Shown here in pieces: positions 1-10,019 of a stretch of DNA of 64,000 bases. Each line of letters opens with the position of its first letter. The first letter of the stretch is position 1. Below the pieces are notes generated by a model that searched no databases, was not told the DNA's origin, and saw only the letters and a program-made list of their open reading frames with translations. Made by a program: the position numbers and the translations under genes. The DNA is from Vulcanimicrobiota bacterium (GTDB lineage: Bacteria > Vulcanimicrobiota > Vulcanimicrobiia > Vulcanimicrobiales > Vulcanimicrobiaceae), in the NCBI GenBank assembly GCA_963833095.1, contig CAWHWQ010000002.1, positions 64,001 through 128,000 on the forward strand. The letters run 5' to 3'.

Positions 1-68
1 TGCGCGAACGGTGTGCACGTGAGAGTTAACGCTAACATGAGCGCTGCGGAACGAAGGCTTAACGTCAT
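1..68 (-). CDS. N-terminus of a putative secreted protein (runs off window)
   Basis: ATG at 68 gives MTLSLRSAALMLALTLTCTPFA, a signal-peptide-like sequence divergent from aceA. Confidence 0.5.
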   Translation of the reverse strand, partial: MTLSLRSAALMLALTLTCTPFA

Positions 69-166
69 GCGGCCGGTGATACGCCCGACAACTCGCGATA
101 GCATGCTACAGTCGACCAAGCGGACACAACACGCAACGCGGCCTATACATTTATCAATAGGCTGTA

Positions 167-196
167 TTGACATATGCTTGGTAAACTTTGTATAAG
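167..196 (+). promoter_or_regulatory. Putative sigma70 promoter of aceAB
   Basis: TTGACA (167-172), 18 nt, TATAAG (191-196) in an AT-rich patch. Confidence 0.55.
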
Positions 197-286
197 GGTA
201 TATCAGTCCAAGGATCAAATGCAAGCCATCCAATTGCACCGATCCAATAACTGAAATGCACGATCCAATTCGCGAAGGAGCTTCAG

Positions 287-1558
287 GTGAGCACGCACGA
301 ACGCTGGGCCGGTATCGAACGCCCCTACTCCCCCGCCGAGGTCCGTAAACTTCAAGGGAGCGTTGTCATCGAACAGACGCTTGCGCGTCTGGGCGCGGAG
401 CGCTTCTGGGCACTCCTCCAAGAGCCGCAGGCGACGGCCGGGCTCGGAACCATGACCGGCGGCCAAGCCGTGCAAGCCGCAAAGGCCGGGCTCAAAGTGA
501 TTTATTGTAGCGGCTGGCAAGTTGCCGCCGATGCGAATAGCTCGGGGAATGTCTATCCGGATCAGAGCCTTTACCCGGTCAACAGCGTGCCGCAACTCGT
601 CAAACGGATCAATAGCGCACTGCAGCGCTACGATCAGGTCGAGACCGTTGAAGGGCGCGGGACGCCGGAGAATTATCTGCCGATCGTCGCTGACGCGGAA
701 GCCGGATTCGGCGGACCGCTCAATGTTTTCGAGCTCACCAAAGCTCTGATCGAAGCCGGCGCCGCCGGCGTGCACTTGGAAGACCAGCTCAGCTCGGAGA
801 AAAAGTGCGGCCATCTCGGCGGCAAAGTGCTCATTCCGACACAGCAAGCCGTGCGTCACTTGATCGCAGCGCGCCTTGCAGCCGACGTGCTCGATGTGCC
901 GACAATCATCATCGCGCGCACCGACGCACAAGCGGCGACGTTGATAACCAGCGACATCGACCCGCTCGATCGTCAGTTCATCACTGGCGAACGGACCCCC
1001 GAAGGCTTCTTCCGTACCCGCGAAGGCGTCGATGCCTGCATCGCCCGCGGTCTAGCCTACGCGCCCTATGCCGATCTGCTCTGGATGGAGACCTCCGAGC
1101 CGGACATCGAGGTCGCGCGCGCCTTCGCCAAAGCGATCCACGCGAAGTTCCCGGGCAAGCTGCTCGCTTACAACTGCTCGCCCTCGTTCAATTGGAAGAA
1201 GAAGCTCGACGACGCATCGATCGCCGCCTATCGCGACGAGCTCAACGCACTGGGTTACAAGTTCCAGTTCATCACGCTAGCCGGCTTCCACGCCCTCAAC
1301 TACAGCTTCTTCGAGCTGGCCCGGGACTTCAAGGAGCGCGGAATGTCGGCCTACGCCGAGTTCCAGCAACTCGAATTCGCGGCCGAATCGCTCGGTTATA
1401 CCGCCACGCGCCATCAGCGCGAGGTGGGAACGGGTTACTTTGACGAAGTGGCGCAGACGATCAGCGAGGGTCAATCCTCGACGACCGCGCTGCACGGTTC
1501 GACCGAAGCCGAGCAGTTCTATAGCAACGGTCATGCCAATGAGGTTGTGAGCGTCTAA
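287..1558 (+). CDS. aceA: Isocitrate lyase
   Basis: [11 protein letters not shown] catalytic motif, [20 protein letters not shown] before GTG. Confidence 0.98.
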   Translation: MSTHERWAGIERPYSPAEVRKLQGSVVIEQTLARLGAERFWALLQEPQATAGLGTMTGGQAVQAAKAGLKVIYCSGWQVAADANSSGNVYPDQSLYPVNSVPQLVKRINSALQRYDQVETVEGRGTPENYLPIVADAEAGFGGPLNVFELTKALIEAGAAGVHLEDQLSSEKKCGHLGGKVLIPTQQAVRHLIAARLAADVLDVPTIIIARTDAQAATLITSDIDPLDRQFITGERTPEGFFRTREGVDACIARGLAYAPYADLLWMETSEPDIEVARAFAKAIHAKFPGKLLAYNCSPSFNWKKKLDDASIAAYRDELNALGYKFQFITLAGFHALNYSFFELARDFKERGMSAYAEFQQLEFAAESLGYTATRHQREVGTGYFDEVAQTISEGQSSTTALHGSTEAEQFYSNGHANEVVSV

Positions 1559-1559
1559 C

Positions 1560-3032
1560 ATGAACGTAGCCCCAGCAGGATTCGCCGTCGAGCGAGACCT
1601 GCCGGCTGGGTTCGCGGAGTTCTATTTTCCGCTGCACGAACGGTTCACACCGGAGCAGCAACGTCTTGCACACGCGCGAGCCGCTCAGCTCGCGCGCGCG
1701 CATAACGGCGATCTCCCGAACTATTTGCCGGCATCGCAAGCCACCACCACCGACTGGCGCATCGAGTTGCCCGCGTGGTGTCAAGATCAACGCAACCAGA
1801 TGACTGGTCCCGCAGACGACGCGGAACTGGTTGTTAAGTTGCTCAACTCGGGCGCGCCCGGCGTGATGCTCGATCTCGAAGATTCGATCGCCAACACGTG
1901 GGAGCATCTGATGCTCGGCCAAGACAATCTCGTGGCCGCGCTATATGGCGAGTTGACCTACGACGATAAGAAGCGCGGCAAAACCGTCGGCATCAACCAG
2001 GGCACAACCGTCGTGTGGAATCGCGTGCGCGGCCTACACATGTCGCAAGCCGGGCTGCTCGCAGGCGATGAACTGACCAGCGCGTCGCTCTTCGACACCG
2101 CGCTGCTCGCCTATCGCCTGGATTACGACCGTCTCAAGCATCCTCTATGCATCTATATTCCCAAATCGGAATCGGCGGAAGAGGCGCTGTGGTGGAAGGA
2201 TCTTTTCGACGCAATCATCGCTGCAAAGGGTTGGAAGCCGGGCTCGATCAAGGCGATGGCGCTGATCGAAGCATTTCCGATCGCGTACGAAATGGAAGAG
2301 TTTCTTTTCAACCTGCGCGACTATATTCTGGGCTTAAATCTCGGTCGCTGGGATTACATGGCGAGCCTTGCGCATTTCAATCTCAACGATCCGAATTGGC
2401 TCTTGCCCGATCGCAATACGATTCCGTTCGACGTGCCCTTCTTCCAGAATCTGCGCACGTTGATGCCGGAGATCACGCACAAGCACGGCGCGTTCGCGAT
2501 CGGCGGCATGACCGCGCTCTTCCCGGATCGCAGCAACCCCGAGCTCAACGCGCGCGCGCTCGAGGTTCTCGAACGCGACAAGAAAAACGAAGCGAGCTGC
2601 CTCATGGACGGCGCCTGGACGGGTCATCCCGATCAGAACGAAATCGCCGTGGCGCAATTCCCGTTTCCAAATCAACTCGAGCGGCGCCCGAAGCTGGAGA
2701 CGGTGCATCCCGACTTGCGGCCGGCACCAAAGGGCGTCGGCAAACTGACACTCGACGGCACGCGCGCTGCCGTGCGGACCGTCATTCGGTATCGCCACGG
2801 CGTGCTCAACGGACTCGGCGCGAGTCTGCTCGACGGCTACATGGAAGATCTGGCCACCGACCGCATCTATCGCGTGATGATCGCGCAGCGCTTGCGCTTC
2901 CCGGGCCCCTACACACCGCCCTCGCTCTCGCAGATCTTCGATGAAGAGACGGCCAAACTCGGACCTGAATATCAGCGCGCGCGCGAACTCTCCGAACAGA
3001 TGATTCTGACCGGAGCGTTCGACCCGACATAG
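1560..3032 (+). CDS. aceB: Malate synthase (A-type, compact)
   Basis: GLNLGRWDY, GGM, DGAWTGHP, MEDLATDRI motifs; directly follows aceA. Confidence 0.92.
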   Translation: MNVAPAGFAVERDLPAGFAEFYFPLHERFTPEQQRLAHARAAQLARAHNGDLPNYLPASQATTTDWRIELPAWCQDQRNQMTGPADDAELVVKLLNSGAPGVMLDLEDSIANTWEHLMLGQDNLVAALYGELTYDDKKRGKTVGINQGTTVVWNRVRGLHMSQAGLLAGDELTSASLFDTALLAYRLDYDRLKHPLCIYIPKSESAEEALWWKDLFDAIIAAKGWKPGSIKAMALIEAFPIAYEMEEFLFNLRDYILGLNLGRWDYMASLAHFNLNDPNWLLPDRNTIPFDVPFFQNLRTLMPEITHKHGAFAIGGMTALFPDRSNPELNARALEVLERDKKNEASCLMDGAWTGHPDQNEIAVAQFPFPNQLERRPKLETVHPDLRPAPKGVGKLTLDGTRAAVRTVIRYRHGVLNGLGASLLDGYMEDLATDRIYRVMIAQRLRFPGPYTPPSLSQIFDEETAKLGPEYQRARELSEQMILTGAFDPT

Positions 3033-3064
3033 ACGGTTCGGCCAGCCGCATCGTGCGGCTCAGA

Positions 3065-3418
3065 CTAGCGCTTCTTCGCGGCCTTTTTCTTGCGGGTTGC
3101 CGCCGCCTTTTTCGCCGACTTTTTGCGATCGGCGGCGGTACGCCCGGTTTTGGGCTTCGTTCCAAGGTCCTTCACCGACGATTCGCTCATCTCGACGCCA
3201 TAATGCTTGGCCGCTTTTTTGATGTTCGCGAAGGCCAGTTCCCGATCGCTTGACGACACCTCGGTTAACTGATCGAACCGCGCGATGGCGTTGCGCACGT
3301 GCTTCTCATCGGTCAACGGCTCTTTGCGCTCCTTGGGGAACGCGAAGACGCTGTTGGGAAGATCGCTCCGCTTGGTCAGTACGCCGTGTTTTTCATGGGG
3401 TTTCCAAGTCGCTCTCAT
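3065..3418 (-). CDS. DUF6582-like protein with Lys/Ala-rich C-terminal tail
   Basis: FAFPKERKEPLTDEKHVRNAIARFDQ motif; tail KKSAKKAAATRKKKAAKKR. Confidence 0.8.
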   Translation of the reverse strand: MRATWKPHEKHGVLTKRSDLPNSVFAFPKERKEPLTDEKHVRNAIARFDQLTEVSSSDRELAFANIKKAAKHYGVEMSESSVKDLGTKPKTGRTAADRKKSAKKAAATRKKKAAKKR

Positions 3419-3642
3419 TCATGTTTCTTTCCCAATTCATGCCACGACTTCTCACTCACATGGACACCGTACTGTTGCGCGGCTTTAAGGATGTTCGCCC
3501 AGGCGAGGTCTCGGTCGCTGTCTGAGACGCCTTGCACTTGATCGAAGCGCGCGATTGCACTGCGCACATGGTTTGCATCGGTCAACGGTTCTTTGCGTTG
3601 CGTGGGAAAAGCATATTCATTTTCGGGCCACGTCGTTTGCAT
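3415..3642 (-). CDS. DUF6582-like protein (short paralog)
   Basis: YAFPTQRKEPLTDANHVRSAIARFDQ; ATGA overlap with downstream paralog. Confidence 0.78.
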   Translation of the reverse strand: MQTTWPENEYAFPTQRKEPLTDANHVRSAIARFDQVQGVSDSDRDLAWANILKAAQQYGVHVSEKSWHELGKKHE

Positions 3643-4870
3643 TGCTCAGTTCCTCCCGGCGAGAAGTGAGGTAGTCGCGTACCGAAGGGTCGATCGTCAG
3701 GCCCAGCGCGCGTTCGTAGGCAGCGCGGGCTTGCTCCACTTCATTGCAACTCGCGAGCATATCGGCGCGCGTCGCCCAGTACGGTTGATAGCTTATCATG
3801 CGTGAGTCCGTTGCGAACACCTCGAGTGCCTCAAGACCGGCGCGCGCGCCCCGGCTGCGCCCCAGTGCGACCGCACGATTGAGCGCGACGACCGGCGAGC
3901 CGGTGACGTGCAACAGCGCATCATAGAATAGGACGATCGCGCTCCAGTCCGGCTCGCGCCCGAGTCGCCGCACCGCGTGCGCGGATTGGATCGCCGCCTC
4001 GAGCTGATAACGCCCGGGGCGAAGCGCATGCGAAGCTCGCGCCAGTAGCGCTTCTGCTTCGTCAATCATGGGGCCGTCCCACCGCGTGGCGTCCTGCGCG
4101 TCGAGCGGAACGTATGCGCGCGCGCGATCCCGCCGGGCTCGACGACGCGCGTGCGCGTGCAGCATCAGTGCAAGCAGCCCGCTTGCTTCGGGCTCATCCG
4201 GACACGCAACGGCAACGAGCCGGCCGAGCCAAATCGCTTCCCGCGCGAGCCCCCGCGTTTCCGGATCGGTTTCGCTTGGATCGTCCCAGCCTTGCCCAAA
4301 GGTTACGTAGATCGCCGCCAGCACCGCATCGAGCCGCTCCGGGAACTCCTCGGCAAACGGCACGGTGAGCGGAATACCGGCGCCGGCAATTTTGCGTTTC
4401 GCGCGCACCAGCCGTTGGCTCATCGTCGCCGGCGCGACGAGAAACGCTGACGCAATGCGCGCCGCATCAAAGCCCAACACCACCTGGAGCATCAACGGTG
4501 CGCGAATCTCCCCGGCGATTGCCGGATGCGCGCACGCGAAGAGCATCCCGATGCGCTCGTCAACCGGCTGCGGGCTCGTCTCGTACGCCGTTTGCGCGAT
4601 ACGCGCAACATGCGCGACGCGCTCGAGCGCAAGCGTTTCCCTTCGCCGGCGCCGGAGGCCGTCGAGCGCGCGATTGCGCGCGACCACCGAGAGCCACGCT
4701 TCGGGCCGTCGCGGCACACCTTCGATCGGCCAACGTTCGAGCGCCGCGGCGAACGCATCGGCTAATGCGTCCTCCGCGACGTCGAGACCGCAGCGAGAAG
4801 CGAGATACGCGAGCAGCTTTCCGTAGCTTTCGCGCGCGGCGCGTTCTACGCTCGAACCGGCAGTTCCCAA
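3617..4870 (-). CDS. ECF RNA polymerase sigma factor with long C-terminal (DUF6596/TPR-like) extension
   Basis: AEDALADAF region 2, TMSQRLVRAKRKI region 4, PGRYQLEAAI, SPVVALNRAVA; paired with YciI gene. Confidence 0.9.
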   Translation of the reverse strand: MGTAGSSVERAARESYGKLLAYLASRCGLDVAEDALADAFAAALERWPIEGVPRRPEAWLSVVARNRALDGLRRRRRETLALERVAHVARIAQTAYETSPQPVDERIGMLFACAHPAIAGEIRAPLMLQVVLGFDAARIASAFLVAPATMSQRLVRAKRKIAGAGIPLTVPFAEEFPERLDAVLAAIYVTFGQGWDDPSETDPETRGLAREAIWLGRLVAVACPDEPEASGLLALMLHAHARRRARRDRARAYVPLDAQDATRWDGPMIDEAEALLARASHALRPGRYQLEAAIQSAHAVRRLGREPDWSAIVLFYDALLHVTGSPVVALNRAVALGRSRGARAGLEALEVFATDSRMISYQPYWATRADMLASCNEVEQARAAYERALGLTIDPSVRDYLTSRREELSNANDVARK

Positions 4871-5208
4871 ATTGGCCGCACCTCAACAGTGCCGTGACTT
4901 GCACCCGGACAACGCGCCGCCCACTTGAGCGCCTCGTCGAGATTCGAGACGTCGACCATATAGTAGCCGCCGAGCTGCTCCTTCGATTCGATGTACGGGC
5001 CGTCGAGGACCGTTGTTTTGCCGCTGGGATCGACGCGCACTTGCGTCGACTCGGTTGCAGGCTTAAGCCGGTCGCTGCCGACATAGACACCAGCGTCTTG
5101 GAGCGCTTGCGTGTAGGCCATGTAAGACTCGAGCGCGGCCTGGCTCTGCTCTGGGGTGAGCGCTTCGAACCCGGCCGGATCGCTGAATAGGTGAAAAATG
5201 TATCGCAT
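4846..5208 (-). CDS. YciI/DGPF-family protein
   Basis: DGPYIESKEQLGGYY and VEVRPI motifs. Confidence 0.92.
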   Translation of the reverse strand: MRYIFHLFSDPAGFEALTPEQSQAALESYMAYTQALQDAGVYVGSDRLKPATESTQVRVDPSGKTTVLDGPYIESKEQLGGYYMVDVSNLDEALKWAARCPGASHGTVEVRPIWELPVRA

Positions 5209-5342
5209 AGTGGTGATTCCTCCTCGGCACTATGACGTCCGGGGATCGGCGATTTCGACATTTCACGCCGCTCGCCCGCGAAATCGTCCCGCTCGTCATC
5301 GACCGGTTGACCGGCCCGGCCATCCCAAGGTATGACGGGAGC

Positions 5343-6404
5343 ATGTCTTTCAAGCGTCCCGTCGCGTGGCTTTGGCTCTTCCTCGTCTTTACGGCGATCG
5401 GGATCTTCTTCTCGCTCCACGCCTATCTGAGCGACGGAGCGCCCTCGTCGCTTTCGCTGCACTTCTACTACGAGATGACGGGTGCATACGCCGCGATGGT
5501 CTGGGTGCCAGCCATCGGGTGGCTGACGCACGTTGCCCCCTTTACTCGCTCGACGGTCGCGCGCGCCCTCGCAGCCAACCTCGCGGCCGCCGCCGTGTAC
5601 ACGTTGCTCCACAGCAGCGTCGAACTGCTACTTCGCTTTCCGCTGCAATCCTTCGTTGGTCTGCACTACCCGCTCGCCGACATGGCGCGGACGACCTACA
5701 TTTCCGAGGCGCCGAGCGATCTGGTCTATTACGGCTTCATCGCGGTGTCGCTGTACCTCACGAGCCACTTGCTCGCATCGCGTGAGCTGGAGGCAAAGCT
5801 CGCGCAGGCCCAACTCGAAAATCTGCGCTTACAACTTCAGCCTCACTTCCTTTTCAATACGCTCAATGCGATCTCGTCGGTGATGTACGAAGATGTTGGC
5901 AAAGCGGATCGCATGCTCGCCCAGGTCAGCGACTACATGCGACTCGTGCTGGCATCGGGCGGCGTGGAAGAGATCCCGCTCGACGACGAGCTGCGCATGG
6001 AGCGCATGTACGTTGACATCATGAAGACGCGCCTCGAGCGCAACCTCGCGCTCGACGTGCGCGTCGCCGACGACGCGCAGCGTGCTATGGTCCCGTTCAT
6101 GGTCCTTCAACCGCTGCTCGAGAACAGCATCCGCCACGGTATGGGTTCTGCCCGTACGTCGATCGAGCTGAGCATCGACGTGGCGCGCGCCAACGGATCG
6201 ACCGTGATAAATGTGAGCGACAACGGGCTGGGCTTCGATGCGTCCAAACCCCGCGGCATCGGCCTCTCGAACGTGGCGGCACGGCTTGCCTATCTTTACG
6301 GCTCGCGAGCGCAGTTTGAGATCGGCGAGCGGGCGGGCGGTGGTACCATCGCCACCTTGCGCATGCCGTTTGAAGCCCGCACGGGTGACAAAGAATGCCG
6401 TTAA
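5343..6404 (+). CDS. LytS/YehU-family sensor histidine kinase
   Basis: N-terminal TM helices, LQPHFLFNTLN H-box, QPLLENSIRHG, DNGLG, GIGLSNV. Confidence 0.93.
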   Translation: MSFKRPVAWLWLFLVFTAIGIFFSLHAYLSDGAPSSLSLHFYYEMTGAYAAMVWVPAIGWLTHVAPFTRSTVARALAANLAAAAVYTLLHSSVELLLRFPLQSFVGLHYPLADMARTTYISEAPSDLVYYGFIAVSLYLTSHLLASRELEAKLAQAQLENLRLQLQPHFLFNTLNAISSVMYEDVGKADRMLAQVSDYMRLVLASGGVEEIPLDDELRMERMYVDIMKTRLERNLALDVRVADDAQRAMVPFMVLQPLLENSIRHGMGSARTSIELSIDVARANGSTVINVSDNGLGFDASKPRGIGLSNVAARLAYLYGSRAQFEIGERAGGGTIATLRMPFEARTGDKECR

Positions 6405-7147
6405 CCGTCATGATCGCCGACGACGAAACCCCGGCCCGGCGCAAACTCGCGCGCTTTTTGGGCGAACACAACGATGTGGCGGTTGTCGCCGAGGCCTCCA
6501 ACGGCATCGACGCGCTCGATCTGATCGCGATGACGAAGCCCCAGGTGGTCTTTCTCGATATCCACATGCCCGATCTCGACGGCCTCGGTGTGGCCGAAAC
6601 GCTGAGCCGGAGTGAGACGCCCCCGTCGATCGTGTTCGTCACGGCCTTCGACCAGTATGCCGTCAAAGCGTTCGAGATGTCGGCTCTGGACTATCTGCTT
6701 AAACCCTACGACCGCGACCGCTTCGAAGTGGCGCTCGGGCGAGCGCGCGCCTCACTCGACACCAAGCCCGACACGGCAAAGCTCGCCGATACGCTGTCGC
6801 AATTGCGCAAGGAAGAGCAATTCGTACGCCGGCTCTTGATTCCGAACGATGGCCGCTCGTTCTTCGTTGCAGCGCGTGAGATCATGCGCCTGGAAGCCGA
6901 GGGCAACAGCGTCGCCGTGCACACTCCGCGTGGCAAGCAGGCCTTGCGCGCCACGCTCGAGTCCCTCGAATCACGTCTCGACCCCGCGCAGTTTGCGCGC
7001 GTTCATCGATCGCACATCGTGAACATCGACGAAATCGCCGAGATCCATGCGTGGTTCCATGGCGACTACAAGATTCTTATGCGGGACGGAACTGAAATTG
7101 CCTGGAGCCGGCGCTACGCCACCCAACGACCCGATTTGTTAAAGTAA
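6395..7147 (+). CDS. LytTR-family response regulator
   Basis: REC (FLDIHMP, YLLKP) plus FARVHRSHIVN. Confidence 0.95.
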   Translation: MPLTVMIADDETPARRKLARFLGEHNDVAVVAEASNGIDALDLIAMTKPQVVFLDIHMPDLDGLGVAETLSRSETPPSIVFVTAFDQYAVKAFEMSALDYLLKPYDRDRFEVALGRARASLDTKPDTAKLADTLSQLRKEEQFVRRLLIPNDGRSFFVAAREIMRLEAEGNSVAVHTPRGKQALRATLESLESRLDPAQFARVHRSHIVNIDEIAEIHAWFHGDYKILMRDGTEIAWSRRYATQRPDLLK

Positions 7148-7161
7148 AAGGAGTACGCACC

Positions 7162-8664
7162 ATGAGCAAACGCGTGGCGTTGATTGCCGCCGCCGTAGTC
7201 TTTGTCGTGCACGCGCTCGGCAACGCGCACTACGGCTTCTTCCGCGACGAGCTTTACTTCATTATGTGCGGCTTCCATCCGCAGTGGGGGTATGTCGATC
7301 AGCCGCCCGTTGTCCCGTTGCTCGCAGCCTTCACCCAGCTCGGCGGACACTCGCTCTTCTTGCTGCGATTGGTTCCGGCGCTGTGCGCGGCTGCCGGCGT
7401 GTATATCACTTGTTTACTCGTGCTCGAATTCGGCGGCGGCATCTTTGCGCAGGCAATATCGTCGCTTGCGTTTCTGTTCGCCGGCGTGCTGCTCAGCTTC
7501 GGTGAGAAAGTCGGACCCGACGAGATCGGCCTGTGGGCCTGGCCGCTGCTCGCGCTGTTGATCGTACGTATCATCAAAGGCGCGAGCCCGCGCCTCTGGC
7601 TTGCAGTGGGTTTCGCCGCCGGTATCGCGATCGAGAGCAAATACGCGGTGCTCTTTTTTCTCGTCGCGCTATTTATCGGTCTGCTGCTCACGCCACAGCG
7701 CCAAATCCTCGCGAACCGGTGGTTCGCGGGCGGCGCCGCACTGATGCTCATCATCGCGCTGCCGAATTTCCTTTGGCAGGCGCACTACGATTTCCCGATG
7801 TGGGAGCTATTACGTAACGGGCAAAACGGCAAGAACCTCATCGTGGGGCCGCTGGTCTACCTGCTGCAAGAAGTCCTGATCACCAATCTCTTCCTCTTCC
7901 CGGTGTGGGTGATTGGGCTGTATTGGCTCCTGCGCAGCAGTACGTTCCGTTTCTTGGGCTATACCTACATCGTCCTCATCGTCGAGATGATGGTCTTTCA
8001 CGGCAAGCACTACTACCCCGCGGATGTCTATCCAATTCTCATCGCGGCAGGCGGAGTGCAAATCGAATCCTGGACGGCGCGCGCCGGGCTCGCGCGTGTC
8101 GCAATTGTCGCGTACGCGCTCGTGCTGGGTCCGGTGTTCATTCCTTACTCGCTGCCCATACTTTCCGAGCCCGCCTTCGTCGCATATCAAGCTCGCGTCG
8201 ACGCAATCACGCATTCATCGAACCGTGTGCTCGCTACGGAACACAATCGCGAGACATCGACGCTTCCGGGCGATTGGGCCGATATGCATGGCTGGCCGGA
8301 GATGGCTGCCGCCGCAAAGGACGTCTACGATTCACTCCCGGTGAACGGTCGCGCCGGAGCCGTGGTTTTCGGCGGCAACTACGGCGAAGCGTCGGCGGTT
8401 GCGTTCTTTACGCCCGGGATTCCGGTGATCAGCACGCACAATCAGTATTGGCTGTGGGGGCCGGATGGCTATGACGGCCGCGTGCTCGTGCAAATCAACG
8501 GAACGTGCTGGGCCAAGGAGCATTACTTTGCCTCACGCACGATCGCGACGGTCATCCACTCGCCATGGGCAATCGGCTACGAGAATGATATTCCGATCAA
8601 CATCTGCCGCGGCCTGAAAATACCGGTTGCACGGCTCTGGTCCGAGTCCAAAAGTTACGAATAG
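7162..8664 (+). CDS. GT39/ArnT-like membrane glycosyltransferase
   Basis: YGFFRDELYF, WGYVDQPP, many TM segments, NYGEA, HNQYWLWGP. Confidence 0.85.
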   Translation: MSKRVALIAAAVVFVVHALGNAHYGFFRDELYFIMCGFHPQWGYVDQPPVVPLLAAFTQLGGHSLFLLRLVPALCAAAGVYITCLLVLEFGGGIFAQAISSLAFLFAGVLLSFGEKVGPDEIGLWAWPLLALLIVRIIKGASPRLWLAVGFAAGIAIESKYAVLFFLVALFIGLLLTPQRQILANRWFAGGAALMLIIALPNFLWQAHYDFPMWELLRNGQNGKNLIVGPLVYLLQEVLITNLFLFPVWVIGLYWLLRSSTFRFLGYTYIVLIVEMMVFHGKHYYPADVYPILIAAGGVQIESWTARAGLARVAIVAYALVLGPVFIPYSLPILSEPAFVAYQARVDAITHSSNRVLATEHNRETSTLPGDWADMHGWPEMAAAAKDVYDSLPVNGRAGAVVFGGNYGEASAVAFFTPGIPVISTHNQYWLWGPDGYDGRVLVQINGTCWAKEHYFASRTIATVIHSPWAIGYENDIPINICRGLKIPVARLWSESKSYE

Positions 8665-8725
8665 AAGGCAATCGCTCTCAGAAGAGTCGCAATCCGTGCT
8701 ATGCTGGCCAGGTATCGGAGATAAA

Positions 8726-9133
8726 ATGAAAGTTTTCTATTGGATTGTAGCGGCGACCGTTTTAGTCGCCATCTGCGCGCCGCGTCCGGCCTACGCCTAC
8801 CTCAACACTATCAAGGCCATCAATGATTCGAACAAGTGCGCGATGTTCACGTTGTACCAGCGACCCCGCGGGATAAACACGCAGGAGTACTACTCGGGTG
8901 AACATCACATCATTCTTCCGGGACAATCCGCGATGTTCAACTTTAGCATCTGGAAACAGGCAAGCTATGCGAAAATAAACGTCGACGTGTACCAAAGCCC
9001 CGACTGCAGCGGGAAGATTTGGGCTAATACCTACGATCGGTATGACATCGACAGCAGTAACAATCCCCAAGGAATAACCGCGACACTTCATCTGCTCAAC
9101 AACGGCTGGTACCGGTTCTGGTTCAACAAATAG
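8726..9133 (+). CDS. Secreted hypothetical protein
   Basis: GGAG RBS, signal peptide ending AYA, two Cys, visibly lower GC than flanks. Confidence 0.7.
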   Translation: MKVFYWIVAATVLVAICAPRPAYAYLNTIKAINDSNKCAMFTLYQRPRGINTQEYYSGEHHIILPGQSAMFNFSIWKQASYAKINVDVYQSPDCSGKIWANTYDRYDIDSSNNPQGITATLHLLNNGWYRFWFNK

Positions 9134-9134
9134 T

Positions 9135-10019
9135 TTAGAGGGCGAGAACCTCGATCAGTCTGGGATAGACCAGGTCGGTGCGTGCCTGCGGATTTTCGGG
9201 ATCGATGATGTCGTGGTTTTCCGGCAGATCGGTAAGTTCGACATACTCGATACCGCTCGATCGCAGGCGCTGCCAACGGCGCACTACCTGTAGCGTCACC
9301 CCGTTGCTGACCGCGGGATCGTGGGTGTTCACGACCGTTGCAATGCGCGTGGCGCGCGACGCTTGTGTCCGCGCCGCAGCATAGACGGCGCTGCCGATCC
9401 GCACCGTCTGCATGAGCGCATGCGTCGGGAAGCGCGGGTACGCCGTCTTCGGAAGCTGATTCTCTTTGGCGCGAGGGTCCCACCACAAAAAGAAATTAGG
9501 AAGCGCGAGCATGATCGGCGCCAGTACGTCTAAAGCCCAGCGCGGCAGGTTGAGCAAACCGAAGTCCGGCGCAATCGGCATGCTCGTCGCGACGTCGTCG
9601 CGGTATTGCCCAAGGTACGCGCTAATCGATCCTCCCATCGACAAGCCCGCGACGGCCACGCGCTCACCCAAACCCACCGCCGCATCGACCGCTTGGTACG
9701 AACATTCCAACAGCATTTCGGCCGTCAATGACTTGAGCGCGTCGGTAATGCGATCGGCGTAGCCGTGCAGCGGCATGCGCGGAACCAGTACGTTCACGCC
9801 GAGCGCATGCAACTGCGCCGCGAACTGCGCGAACTGTCCGGGATGATTGGTGAAGCCGTGAAAAAGGACGACGCTCCACGGCGCCTGCGTCCCGTGATCC
9901 AGAAGCAGCGTCTTTGCGGTGGGGCCGATGCGCGCGCCGTCGCGCGCCATGATGACGCGCGCCTTGGCCAAGCCGTCCGCGTAGCCCGCCGCGGGTGAAC
10001 TAGCGGGAGGCGCGAGCAT
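9135..10019 (-). CDS. Alpha/beta hydrolase (esterase-like)
   Basis: FHGFTN, GLSMGG nucleophile elbow, HDIID. Confidence 0.85.
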   Translation of the reverse strand: MLAPPASSPAAGYADGLAKARVIMARDGARIGPTAKTLLLDHGTQAPWSVVLFHGFTNHPGQFAQFAAQLHALGVNVLVPRMPLHGYADRITDALKSLTAEMLLECSYQAVDAAVGLGERVAVAGLSMGGSISAYLGQYRDDVATSMPIAPDFGLLNLPRWALDVLAPIMLALPNFFLWWDPRAKENQLPKTAYPRFPTHALMQTVRIGSAVYAAARTQASRATRIATVVNTHDPAVSNGVTLQVVRRWQRLRSSGIEYVELTDLPENHDIIDPENPQARTDLVYPRLIEVLAL

